The notes under the pieces: model-generated
What the model was told of the DNA's origin: nothing
The model's database searches: none
Seen by the model: only the letters and a program-made list of their open reading frames with translations
Shown here: positions 52,601 through 60,833 of the stretch, piece after piece
How the letters are laid out: the number at the start of each line of letters is the position of its first letter
How positions within the stretch are numbered: the stretch's first letter is position 1
Translations under genes and position numbers: made by a program
Assembly: GCA_035691665.1 (NCBI GenBank)
Contig: DASSIS010000089.1
Span: 3,145-67,144 of the forward strand
Length of the DNA: 64,000 nucleotides
Origin: Gammaproteobacteria bacterium
GTDB lineage: Bacteria; Pseudomonadota; Gammaproteobacteria; Natronospirales; REEB76
Direction: 5' to 3'

Positions 52601-52888
52601 GCCATCGTGCGCACCATCGTCGAGCTGGCGCGGGACCTGGGGATGAACACGGTGGCGGAGGGAGTGGAATCGACCCAGCAGCTGCGCCTGCTGGACGAGC
52701 TCGGTTGCCGTTCAGGTCAGGGCATCCTGTTCTCGCCGGCGCTGGACATGAAACGCGCCGACCGCTTATTCGAGCGCGAGACGCTCGCCTTGGTGCCGGG
52801 CGAGGTGGCCTTCAACGACACCCACCCACGGGGATTCTTCCCCACGGATATCGTCAAGCGCACACGCGATTTCTTCCGCCGCGTTTAG
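49628..52888 (+). CDS. Five-PAS GGDEF-EAL c-di-GMP turnover protein
   Basis: 1086 aa with a GTG start. Five PAS/PAC units each end in a D(I/V)(T/S)xRK-type junction. GGDEF (RHGGDEFTVL) and EAL (GFEALLRW, DDFGTGYSSL) domains are present. Confidence 0.9.
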   Translation: MKLASAFNHSPNLVTLTRLADDLYVDVNDAFERVLGYSRSSIIGQNPVALGVWDGPRRERFLNALRKYHSIANQPASYRRRDGGEYQGLLNAEVVSFEGEDYVLCIVQDLVPADPVTETSRKSALDHATEAVYVTSPEGRFLEANPVLARLLGYASPEELLREVQDIGVQVYADPDMRVDLLAALERDGQVENREAQLRRRDGSLIWISENAQAVRDATGKLQRIAGSFVDVSARKEVEAALQLSEQKYRTLVDHSQDGVFITQEGIYTYVNQAYADMLGYDVMEMTGSPYADFIAPEDRRFLEELWKKRRAGQWEQNAYEVQLLKKDGRTRVLASVRSGPIMLGGRLASTGTIRDITEERRTQQALLAAEQKYRAIFENAVVGMYQSTPTGQYLKANNALARIFGFDTPEEMFGNIKNISELYRSPDERSTVNTELERVGLVTGREVEMRRRDGQSIWISLSARVVRDAEGAVAYYEGSLHDITARKRVEAALQSSEQRYRMLVDHSQVGVFINENGRYSYVNHAFATMLGYTEAELTGMSYRDIFPPDELAAADSRFLRRQRGEDVPNNYESTLLCKDKKTRLNVTHSIGTIDVDDHRFMIGTVRDITDQKRIEEQLRHNATHDPLTGLPNRTLFIERLAKAMERSQPQGSPGYAVLFIDLDSFNVVNDSLGHAAGDELLVQVAQRLKQCLGPWDTLARHGGDEFTVLVGQTLELDDAVEVAERMLAELMRPVKLGDNEIYTNASIGIAPGNPDYTSTEELLRDADTAMYRAKAAGKAGYVVFDQEMYAKARARLRVETELRQALENREMRVHYQPIVTLQTGQLLGFEALLRWQHPVRGLLGPDEFLKVAEETGLILPIGWWLLREACRQTRTWRDRHPEARDLTMAVNLAHKQFMYTGLPQQVSAALQETGLPADGLHLEITETVFLENPKAAESTLRRLRSLGIALHLDDFGTGYSSLSYLSALPLDTLKIDRSFVMDMERNPKHAAIVRTIVELARDLGMNTVAEGVESTQQLRLLDELGCRSGQGILFSPALDMKRADRLFERETLALVPGEVAFNDTHPRGFFPTDIVKRTRDFFRRV

Positions 52889-54719
52889 CCTCGTATAGCT
52901 TCTCGTCGGCGGCCGCGATCAAGGCATCCACGTCGTACTCCGGCGGCGCGGCGGTCAGACCCACGCTGAGCGTGACCTGCAGGCCAGGCTGCAACCGGCT
53001 CCAGTCGTACTCCTCCACCTGCTTGCGGATCTTCTCGCAGACGGTGACCGCGTTCTCGTGGCTGGTCTCCGGGAAGCAGAGCAGGAACTCCTCGCCGCCG
53101 TAGCGGGCGATGATGTCGATGGAGCGGCACTGGTTGCGCAGGATGTTGGCGATGGTACGCAGCACGTCGTCACCCACCATGTGCGAGTGCTTGTCGTTCA
53201 CGCCCTTGAAACGGTCCACGTCTGCCATGGCGAGCGCGATCTGGCGGTTGTAGCGCTGGGCGCGCTTCACCTCGAAATCCAGGCGGTTGTCGAGGTAGCG
53301 GCGGTTGTAGAGCCCGGTCAGGCCGTCCTCGCGGCTCTGGCGCTCGAGCTCCGAGGCCTGCTGCTGCAAGCGTCCCAGGAGTTCCTCCTTCTCGCGGTTG
53401 GCGCTGCGCAGCGATTCGGTGAGCGCGTGCAGCTCGTCCTTCTGCAGCGCCAGGTCGTGGGTGCGTTCCACCACGCGCCGCTCCAACTCGTTGCGGCTCT
53501 TCTCCAACTCCTCGAACAGACGTGCGTTGGCGATGGCCACCGCCACCTGGCCGGCGAAGGTGACCACGAGCTCGAAATGCGCGTCGGTGAACATGTCCGG
53601 CGTGTAGCCCTGGACGCTCAGCACCCCGAGCACGCGTTCCCGATAGGTGACCGGCACGGCGATGAACGACTGCGTCTGCGGCGTGTCGCCGATATGGATC
53701 ATCATGCTCTTGAACTCGCTCTCGTCGCGACTCCAGTCGGTGATGAAGACCGGCTTGTTGTTGCTCACCACCCAGCTCAAGAGGCCCTCACCCAGCTTGC
53801 GGCTGCGTGGCACCTGCCGTCCCTGGCGGTTGTGGTGCAGGCGGATGTCGAGCTCGCGCGCCTCCTCGGCGTAGAGCGCCAGCATGAAAGAATCGAACTC
53901 CAACAGGTTGCGGCTCTCGCGGAAGATGAGCTCGATGAGGTCGTCAAGCACCAGCGAGCCGCTCACGGCGCGACCCACCCGGTTCACCGCCACGAGCTCG
54001 TCCACCTTGATCTCGAGCGCCCGGCGCGTGTCGGCGAAGCTCTTGACGATGAGGATGATGAGCGCCAGCACCACCAGGAACAGCACGAACACCGGGGTGT
54101 CGAGCCGGTTGTAGACGAGCGCGGTAAAGACCGCGAGCGGCACGCCGGCGATGTCGACCACGGTGCTGAAGACGCCGAAGGCACGGCGCCAGTCGTATTC
54201 CTCCATCCAGGCGATCACCGCCACGAAGCAGTTGTTCGCGAACTGCATAATCCCGGACAGGATCAGGATCAGCACGCCGTCATGCAGGTCGAGCTCGGTG
54301 AGCGGCACATGCCCGCCGAAATAGGTGTAGAGCGAGCCGGTCATGAGCACCAGCAGGATGATCATCCCGGAGTTGTGAAAGGAGCGGAGCACCGTGAGCC
54401 TCAGGTTCTGGCCGCGGTTCGCGCCCCAAGGCAGGAACGGCCAGATCACCGAGGAGATGCCGGCGATCCAGGCGGCCTGCAGGGTGCCGAAGATGAGGAT
54501 GCTGGAGACCTGCACCACCCGGTCGAGTGACACGTGGCCCACGTGGGGCGCCGGGAAACCGAACAGCACCACCACGATGCCGAACAGGGTGAAGCCCACC
54601 ACCGCCGCCGCGTTCTTCACCTCCAGCTGGGTATGGGCGGAGAGATAGACGAGCAGGGCGAAGCCCGCCAGACCCAGCAGTGCCGCGTAAACGACCGAGA
54701 GTTGCCGTGCGTTCTTCAT
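52854..54719 (-). CDS. Membrane-bound GAF-GGDEF diguanylate cyclase
   Basis: A polytopic N-terminus is followed by a GAF-like region, a coiled coil and a GGDEF domain (RYGGEEFLLCF). The start is trimmed to MKNARQLSVVY at 54719. Confidence 0.88.
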   Translation of the reverse strand: MKNARQLSVVYAALLGLAGFALLVYLSAHTQLEVKNAAAVVGFTLFGIVVVLFGFPAPHVGHVSLDRVVQVSSILIFGTLQAAWIAGISSVIWPFLPWGANRGQNLRLTVLRSFHNSGMIILLVLMTGSLYTYFGGHVPLTELDLHDGVLILILSGIMQFANNCFVAVIAWMEEYDWRRAFGVFSTVVDIAGVPLAVFTALVYNRLDTPVFVLFLVVLALIILIVKSFADTRRALEIKVDELVAVNRVGRAVSGSLVLDDLIELIFRESRNLLEFDSFMLALYAEEARELDIRLHHNRQGRQVPRSRKLGEGLLSWVVSNNKPVFITDWSRDESEFKSMMIHIGDTPQTQSFIAVPVTYRERVLGVLSVQGYTPDMFTDAHFELVVTFAGQVAVAIANARLFEELEKSRNELERRVVERTHDLALQKDELHALTESLRSANREKEELLGRLQQQASELERQSREDGLTGLYNRRYLDNRLDFEVKRAQRYNRQIALAMADVDRFKGVNDKHSHMVGDDVLRTIANILRNQCRSIDIIARYGGEEFLLCFPETSHENAVTVCEKIRKQVEEYDWSRLQPGLQVTLSVGLTAAPPEYDVDALIAAADEKLYEAKRGGRNRVCA

Positions 54720-54820
54720 GTGGACTCTAAGCTTCCCTGAGCTCGTCGGCTCTGTGTTACACGCCCCTTCCCGGCAGCGCAACACATTGTTTGGGTCCTA
54801 AATATAAGCTCTTCCCGGGC

Positions 54821-54832
54821 CCCCTTAAGGGG
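54821..54832. promoter_or_regulatory. Perfect 12-bp palindrome CCCCTTAAGGGG in a divergent promoter region
   Basis: Lies between the diguanylate cyclase start (54719, minus) and the DUF4136 start (54871, plus). Confidence 0.3.
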
Positions 54833-54870
54833 CATGCTAGACTGAAAATCACTCTGCGAGGCCTGCCGTC

Positions 54871-55449
54871 ATGAAGCTTGATTCCAAAGGCTTTTCCCGC
54901 GTTTTCCTTCCCTCCACCCTCCTTCTTCTGGTCGCCCTGTTGTCCGCCTGCTCCCCCCGGGTCTACGTGGAGCAGGACGACAGCGCCAAGCTCTCGGGCT
55001 ACCACCGCTTCGCCTGGCTGAGCCCGCCCCCTGCCCCGGTACGTGACCCCATCCTAGACAGCCAGATCTTCGAGGCCCGGGTGCACCGCGCCGTGAGCGA
55101 CGACCTCAAGTCCCGCGGCTACGAGGAAGTGGCCCCCGACGCCGGCGCGGATTTCCTGGTGACCTACCACACCAGCGCCAAGCAGACCCTGCAGAGCACC
55201 GGGCCCGCCTTCAGCTTCGGCTTCGTGGATGCCTTCCCGCGCGGCTTCGGCGCCGTAGGTTTCCCGGTGGGACCCGACGTGCAGACTCGCGACGAAGGCA
55301 CCCTGATGCTGGACGTGCTGGACGGCCAGAACAAACGCCTGGTGTGGCGGGGCTGGACCACGGAGCTCCTCAACCAGGACAACTACAGCGACAAATCCGT
55401 GCAGGATGCCGTCAAGGACATCTTCGACAAGTTCCCCGCCAAACCCTGA
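54871..55449 (+). CDS. DUF4136-family lipoprotein
   Basis: Lipobox LLSAC. About 190 aa with the pattern YHRFAW...LVWRGW, typical of DUF4136. Confidence 0.65.
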   Translation: MKLDSKGFSRVFLPSTLLLLVALLSACSPRVYVEQDDSAKLSGYHRFAWLSPPPAPVRDPILDSQIFEARVHRAVSDDLKSRGYEEVAPDAGADFLVTYHTSAKQTLQSTGPAFSFGFVDAFPRGFGAVGFPVGPDVQTRDEGTLMLDVLDGQNKRLVWRGWTTELLNQDNYSDKSVQDAVKDIFDKFPAKP

Positions 55450-55457
55450 CCTGCTCC

Positions 55458-56645
55458 ATGCCGCGCGCTGCTAATACACCGCCGGCGCGTCTCATCGCCC
55501 ACGTGGACATGGACGCCTTCTACGCGTCCGTGGAGCAGCTGGATAACCCTAAACTCAAGGGCAAACCCGTCATCGTGGGCGGTATCGGTAACCGCGGTGT
55601 GGTGAGCGCCGCCAGTTACGAGGCGCGGGTATTCGGCGTGCGTTCGGCCATGCCCATGTACGAAGCGCGCAAGCGCTGCCCCCAGGGCGTGTACATCCAG
55701 GTACGTATGTCCCGGTACAAAGAGGTATCGCAGCAGGTGTTCCAGGTGTTCGGCGACTTCACGCCCGTGATCCAGGGCCTGTCCCTGGACGAAGCCTTCC
55801 TGGATCTCACCGGTGCCATCGGCAGTGAGGATCCCATGGGCCTGGGCCGGCGCATCAAGGAAAGTATCCGCACTGCCACCGGCCTCACTGCCTCGGTGGG
55901 TCTCGCGCCCAACAAGCTGATCGCCAAGATCGTCTCCCAGCAGTGCAAGCCCGACGGCTTGCAGCACGTGAAGCCGGCAGAGGTGCAGACCACCCTCGAC
56001 CCCCTGCCCGTCACCGCCATGTGGGGTATCGGTCCACGCACCGGCGAATCCCTGGCGCGGGCCAAGATCCAGACCATCCGCGACCTGCGCCTGGCACCGG
56101 AGGCCAAGCTCAAGGCCCTGTTCGGCTCCCAGGCACTGCGTTTCAAGGCGCTGGCCGAGGGCCGCGACGACCGCCCGGTGGACGACAGTGGCGGCGAACG
56201 CTCCGTGAGCCAAGAGACCACCTTCGAGCGCGACCTGAAGACCCTGGATGAGCTCGATCCCGTGCTGCGTTCGCTGACCGAGGATCTCTGCCGCATCCTG
56301 CGCAAGAACCTGCTCAAGCCCCATACCGTGGTGGTGAAGCTACGCGAGACGGACTTCAGCCGTCACACCCGCCAGCGGCGCTTCACGCCGGCCGACGCCA
56401 GTTTCGACGCCCTCTACCCCATCGCCCGAATGCTCCTGGCCCGCTGGCTGGAGGAGCACCCCGGGCGGGCCCTGAGGCTCCTGGGGGTGGGGGCTCGGGA
56501 TTTCTCCGGAGACGAGCAACAGGACCTCTTCGACGAGAGCCGTGCCCGCCGCCAGCGCCTGGAGGCGGCCTCCGACGCGGTACGGGACCGTTTCGGCGAC
56601 AGCGCGCTGCGCCGAGGCGTATCCTTGGACGACGACCCCGACTGA
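55458..56645 (+). CDS. dinB: DNA polymerase IV
   Basis: Shows IAHVDMDAFYASVEQLDNPKLKGKPVIVGG and SLDEAFLDL. The start is trimmed to ATG 55458, 8 nt after the DUF4136 stop. Confidence 0.93.
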   Translation: MPRAANTPPARLIAHVDMDAFYASVEQLDNPKLKGKPVIVGGIGNRGVVSAASYEARVFGVRSAMPMYEARKRCPQGVYIQVRMSRYKEVSQQVFQVFGDFTPVIQGLSLDEAFLDLTGAIGSEDPMGLGRRIKESIRTATGLTASVGLAPNKLIAKIVSQQCKPDGLQHVKPAEVQTTLDPLPVTAMWGIGPRTGESLARAKIQTIRDLRLAPEAKLKALFGSQALRFKALAEGRDDRPVDDSGGERSVSQETTFERDLKTLDELDPVLRSLTEDLCRILRKNLLKPHTVVVKLRETDFSRHTRQRRFTPADASFDALYPIARMLLARWLEEHPGRALRLLGVGARDFSGDEQQDLFDESRARRQRLEAASDAVRDRFGDSALRRGVSLDDDPD

Positions 56646-56652
56646 CCCGATT

Positions 56653-58221
56653 ATGTACGCCAGCTACTTCGGCCTCAGCGACAACCCGTTCGCCATCACC
56701 CCGGACCCGCGCTTCCTGTTCCTCTCGGCGCGGCACACCGAGGCCCTGGCGCACCTGCTCTACGGGGTCACCGAGAGCGGCGGCTTCATCCAGCTCACGG
56801 GCGAGGTAGGCACCGGCAAGACCACCCTGGTGCGCACCCTGCTCGAGAAGCTGCCGGACAACGTGGATGCGGCGCTGGTCATCAACCCCCGGGGCACGGT
56901 GCTGGAGTTCCTGCGCAGCATCTGCCGCGAGCTGGGCCTCGACTGGAAGCCGCAGCAGACACCCCAGGACCTGATCGATGCCCTGAACGCGCAGCTGCTG
57001 GCGGCTCACGCCAAGGGCCGGCGTGTGGTGCTCATCATCGACGAGGCCCAGGGCCTGTCGGAAGAGGTGCTGGAGCAGGTGCGGCTGCTCACCAACCTCG
57101 AGACCCGCGAACAGAAGCTCTTGCAGATCATCCTGGTGGGACAGCCGGAGCTGCGTGAGATGCTGGCGCGCACGGAGCTGCGCCAGCTCGCCCAGCGCAT
57201 CACCGGCCGCTACCACCTGACGCCGCTCTCCGCCGCCGAGAGCCGCGCCTACGTGAACCATAGACTCACGGTCTCCGGCGCCATGGCGCCTATCTTCACG
57301 GGCTCCGCGCTGCGCACCATGCAGCGGATGACCCGCGGCATCCCGCGGCTCATCAACATCATCAGCGATCGCGCCCTGCTCGGCGCCTACACCCAGGAGA
57401 TGCGCCAGGTGGATGCCTCCCTGGTGCGGCACGCCGCCCGCGAGGTGCTGGGCGAAGCTCCGGACAAGCGTCGTCTGCCGGTATGGCTCTGGCCCGCCGC
57501 CCTCGTGCTCGCCCTCTCCTGCACGGCGCTGCTCTACCTCACCGTCCGCCCCGCGCCCGTCCCGGCAGCCGTCCCCGCTCCGGCGGCGCCACCGGCGGTC
57601 CCGGACCTCGCCAAGTGGCTCGCAGACCCGACCCACCCCAGCGACACGGACTCCGCCTTCGCCGGCCTCTTCTCCCTCTGGGGCAGCCATTACACCGCCG
57701 CGGGCAGCGGCAGCGGCTGCCGGGAAGCGGAGACAGCGGGTCTGCGCTGCTTATATAGACGCGGCACCTGGAACAACCTGCGCAGCTTCGACCTGCCGGC
57801 GGTGGTGACGCTCACGGACGCCGGCGGCCAAGTGCACCAGCTCGTGGTGGCGGCCCTGGATGGCGGCAGTGTCACGCTGAAGGCGGGCGCCGCCGAGATG
57901 CGCTTCCCTCTCAGTCAGGTGGAGCCGCTCTGGTACGGCGAGTATCTGATCCTGTGGCGCCCGGACCCCCACGCACCCATGCCGCTCGCACCCGGGATGG
58001 TGGGCACCGGCGTCTCCTGGTTACGCAGTCAGCTCGCTACTCTGCAGCACGTACCGGACTCCGGTATCGCCAGCTACGACGACGGCCTCACCGCCATGGT
58101 GAAGAACTTCCAGGCCACACAGCACATGAAGGTGGACGGCATCGCCGGCGAGGAGACCCTGGTGCACCTGTCCGCGGTGCTGGATCCCCCGGGCACGCCC
58201 TTGCTGGCCGCCGGAGGCTGA
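56653..58221 (+). CDS. gspA: ExeA/GspA-type AAA+ ATPase with C-terminal peptidoglycan-binding domain
   Basis: Starts MYASYFGLSDNPFAITPDPRFLF, with Walker A GEVGTGKTT, a TM segment and the C-terminal PG_binding_1-like LTAMVKNFQATQHMKVDGIAGEETL. It starts 7 nt after dinB. Confidence 0.85.
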   Translation: MYASYFGLSDNPFAITPDPRFLFLSARHTEALAHLLYGVTESGGFIQLTGEVGTGKTTLVRTLLEKLPDNVDAALVINPRGTVLEFLRSICRELGLDWKPQQTPQDLIDALNAQLLAAHAKGRRVVLIIDEAQGLSEEVLEQVRLLTNLETREQKLLQIILVGQPELREMLARTELRQLAQRITGRYHLTPLSAAESRAYVNHRLTVSGAMAPIFTGSALRTMQRMTRGIPRLINIISDRALLGAYTQEMRQVDASLVRHAAREVLGEAPDKRRLPVWLWPAALVLALSCTALLYLTVRPAPVPAAVPAPAAPPAVPDLAKWLADPTHPSDTDSAFAGLFSLWGSHYTAAGSGSGCREAETAGLRCLYRRGTWNNLRSFDLPAVVTLTDAGGQVHQLVVAALDGGSVTLKAGAAEMRFPLSQVEPLWYGEYLILWRPDPHAPMPLAPGMVGTGVSWLRSQLATLQHVPDSGIASYDDGLTAMVKNFQATQHMKVDGIAGEETLVHLSAVLDPPGTPLLAAGG

Positions 58222-58223
58222 CC

Positions 58224-58871
58224 ATGTCGCTGATACTGGACGCGCTGCGCAAATCCGAACGCACCCGGCAGCAGAGCCTGACCGGTCAGCTGGGTGCCAC
58301 CGAGACGCCGTCCCGTCCCGGGCGCATGGCCATGCCCTGGGTGACGCTGCTCGGCATCCTGCTCGTGATCAATGCCATCGTCCTGGCGGTGTTCTTCTGG
58401 CGGGGCGGTGAACACGCCGCGGCTCCGACTCAGGCCGCCCCCGCGACGCCATCCGCGGCCTACCACCCGGAAGTGCGGCCGCTGTCCGAAGAGGCGAGTA
58501 CTCCGCCTGAGGCCGTACCGTCGGCTCCACCACAAGCGGCAGCCATCCAGGCTGTGCCAACGGCTCCTGCCGCGATCCCGGTGCCGTCACCATCACCGGT
58601 GCCCCAGACGACGGGCCCGGTGGTGGCCCAGAATGCGGACGCGGGCGTGCCGAGCCTCGACACCTTGCCCATGGATGTGCGCCAGACCCTGCCCTCCCTG
58701 CACCTCGACGTGCTGGGCTACGCCATGAAACCCGAGGATCGCTTCGTGGTCATAAACTTCCAGCGCTACCGCGTTGGTGACACCACGGCCGAGGGCGTGC
58801 GGGTGGCGGACATCGTGCCGGGAGGCGCGGTCCTCGAATACCACGGCACGCGCTTCCTGTTGCCACCCTGA
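58224..58871 (+). CDS. gspB: GspB/ExeB-type general secretion pathway protein B
   Basis: Starts MSLILDALRKSERTRQ, followed by a TM helix, a Pro/Ala-rich linker and the C-terminal LHLDVLGYAMKPEDRFVVINFQRYRVGD. It starts 2 nt after gspA. Confidence 0.75.
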   Translation: MSLILDALRKSERTRQQSLTGQLGATETPSRPGRMAMPWVTLLGILLVINAIVLAVFFWRGGEHAAAPTQAAPATPSAAYHPEVRPLSEEASTPPEAVPSAPPQAAAIQAVPTAPAAIPVPSPSPVPQTTGPVVAQNADAGVPSLDTLPMDVRQTLPSLHLDVLGYAMKPEDRFVVINFQRYRVGDTTAEGVRVADIVPGGAVLEYHGTRFLLPP

Positions 58872-58919
58872 ACCTGCGATTCGGTTTCCAAATACAGACA
58901 GACGCCAAGGAGTGCCTCC

Positions 58920-60557
58920 ATGTCCATGCCCCGTCTCGCCGGCGCATTGCTCGCCGCCACCGTCTCCGTACCGCTGTTCGCCGCCGCCAGCCAGCCGCTG
59001 CCGTCGTTCAGCCAGGACAACATCCGCACCACCATCAAGACCCTTTCCTCGGACGAGTTCGGCGGCCGCGCTCCCGGCAGTCCGGGCGAGAAGCTGTCCA
59101 CCGACTACATCAGCGGCAAATTCAAGGAATACGGGCTCGAGCCCGCGGACCATGGCAGCTACCTGCAGGAGGTACCGCTGAAGCAGATCACCGCCGACCC
59201 CCACACCGTACTTCGCATCGGCGGTGGCACCACGCCGCTCACCCTCGCCTATGGCAGTGAGATGGTGGTGAGCACGCCCCGGCCCGAAGCCACGATCTCG
59301 CTCAAGGACGTGCCGCTGGTGTTCGCTGGCTTCGGCATTGTGGCCCCCGAGTACAACTGGAACGACTATGCCGGCCTCGACGTGAAAGGCAAGATCGTGG
59401 TGGTGTTGGTGAACGACCCAGGCTATCCCGACGGCGACCCGAACCTCTTCGAAGGGAAGGCCATGACCTACTACGGCCGCTGGACCTACAAGTACGAGGA
59501 AGCCGCGCGCCAGGGCGCCGCCGGCATCATCATCGTGCACGAGACGGGCCCCGCTGGTTATCCCTGGGAAGTGGTGCAGGGTAGCTGGAGCGGTCCGCTG
59601 GAGGAGCTGGATCCGGGCCAGGCTTACCAACCCGCGATCCAGGGTTGGATCACCCACGACGCCGCGGAGCTGCTGTTCGCGGACGCGGGCCTGAAGCTGG
59701 ACGAGCTGGAGAAGGCCTCACAGCTGCGCGGTTTCAAGGGCGTGCCCATGAAACTCACCGGCAGCATCGTGCTGCACAACACCGTGCATGACATCGTCTC
59801 CCACAACGTGGTGGGCCTTCTCAAGGGCGCATCCCGCCCCAGCGAAGCGGTGATCTACACCGCTCATTGGGACCATCTGGGCGAGCACGTGGTGAACGGC
59901 AAGACCGAGATTTTCCACGGCGCCGTGGACAACGCCTCCGGCATCGCCGGCCTCCTGGAGCTCGCGCGCGCCTATGGCACGGGACCGAAGCCCGCGCGCA
60001 GCGTGTTGTTCATCGCCACCACCTGCGAGGAACAGGGCTTGCTGGGAGCGCGCTACTACGCTGCCCACCCGCTGATCCCGCTCAGGGACACGGTGGCTGA
60101 CTTCAACATGGACGTGATGGACACCTTCGGCAAGACCCACGACGTGACCGTACGCGGCCACTTCATGTCGCAGCTGGAGGACGAACTCTCCACCGAGGCC
60201 AAGACCCTGGACCTCAAGGTGCTGCCCGATTCGCAGCCAGAGAAGGGATACTACTTCCGCGCCGACCACTTCGAGTTCGCCAAGGCTGGAGTACCGGCCT
60301 TGAGCATCGCGCTCGGCACCGATTACGTCGGTCATACTCCGGATTGGGGTCTCGCCCAACAGCAGGGCTACGTGAGCCAGCGTTACCACAAGCCGGCGGA
60401 CGTCTATGACCCGTCCTGGGATCTCTCCGGCATGGTCCAGCAACTGGACCTGCTCTACCTCACCGGTCGCGATCTGGCCGAGAGCGACGCCTGGCCGGCC
60501 TGGAACCCGGGCGGTCCGTTCGCAGCGAAGCGTGCCGAGCAGCGCAGCGGCGGTTGA
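58920..60557 (+). CDS. Secreted M28-family aminopeptidase with PA domain
   Basis: Signal peptide, then the FGGRAPGSPGE, HWDHLG, GAVDNASG and EEQGLLG zinc-ligand motifs. Confidence 0.85.
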   Translation: MSMPRLAGALLAATVSVPLFAAASQPLPSFSQDNIRTTIKTLSSDEFGGRAPGSPGEKLSTDYISGKFKEYGLEPADHGSYLQEVPLKQITADPHTVLRIGGGTTPLTLAYGSEMVVSTPRPEATISLKDVPLVFAGFGIVAPEYNWNDYAGLDVKGKIVVVLVNDPGYPDGDPNLFEGKAMTYYGRWTYKYEEAARQGAAGIIIVHETGPAGYPWEVVQGSWSGPLEELDPGQAYQPAIQGWITHDAAELLFADAGLKLDELEKASQLRGFKGVPMKLTGSIVLHNTVHDIVSHNVVGLLKGASRPSEAVIYTAHWDHLGEHVVNGKTEIFHGAVDNASGIAGLLELARAYGTGPKPARSVLFIATTCEEQGLLGARYYAAHPLIPLRDTVADFNMDVMDTFGKTHDVTVRGHFMSQLEDELSTEAKTLDLKVLPDSQPEKGYYFRADHFEFAKAGVPALSIALGTDYVGHTPDWGLAQQQGYVSQRYHKPADVYDPSWDLSGMVQQLDLLYLTGRDLAESDAWPAWNPGGPFAAKRAEQRSGG

Positions 60558-60629
60558 AACCGCGCCTCGATATTTAGGGCAGGCCCATTGCCGCGCTACG
60601 CGCGACGCTGGGCCCCCACTAGAGCTCTT

Positions 60630-60659
60630 CCGCAAAAAGCCCATCCAGGGCTTTTGCGG
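60630..60659 (+). terminator. Stem-loop after the M28 peptidase gene (terminator-like)
   Basis: CCGCAAAAAGCCC-ATCCA-GGGCTTTTGCGG with one bulged A. The inner hairpin AGCCC/GGGCT is followed by TTTT. Confidence 0.5.
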
Positions 60660-60787
60660 AGTCGGCGAGTCAGGGACACACCCGGACTCGCTTCCACAGG
60701 AGCGCATCCATGCGCCCCGGATATTTAGGGCTCGTAACAGTGACGTGCTGATTTAGCTATGCCTCGGCTGTCCGGCGCGGTTACACT

Positions 60788-60833
60788 CTTATGACAGGGG
60801 TGGGGGAGGGTTGACCCCTGCCCCGATCATAAG
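60788..60833 (+). promoter_or_regulatory. Two-tier hairpin in the leader of the REC-REC-GGDEF gene
   Basis: The outer stem CTTATGA/TCATAAG and inner stem CAGGGGT/ACCCCTG enclose the G-rich loop GGGGGAGGGTTG. The structure ends 8 nt before the ATG. Confidence 0.45.

Noticed and set aside
60630-60659. CGCAAAAAGCCC resembles the ACGCAAAGCC core of the c-di-GMP-I (GEMM) riboswitch, upstream of a GGDEF gene.
   Set aside because: The first GEMM hairpin (GGCAAACC tetraloop/receptor context) and the overall two-hairpin architecture are absent. The element is better explained as a terminator-like hairpin after the peptidase gene.
60570-60729. The TTTAGGG within the ATATTTAGGG copies is identical to the plant-type telomere repeat unit.
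   Set aside because: These are single, non-tandem copies in a bacterial chromosome, so the match is coincidental.
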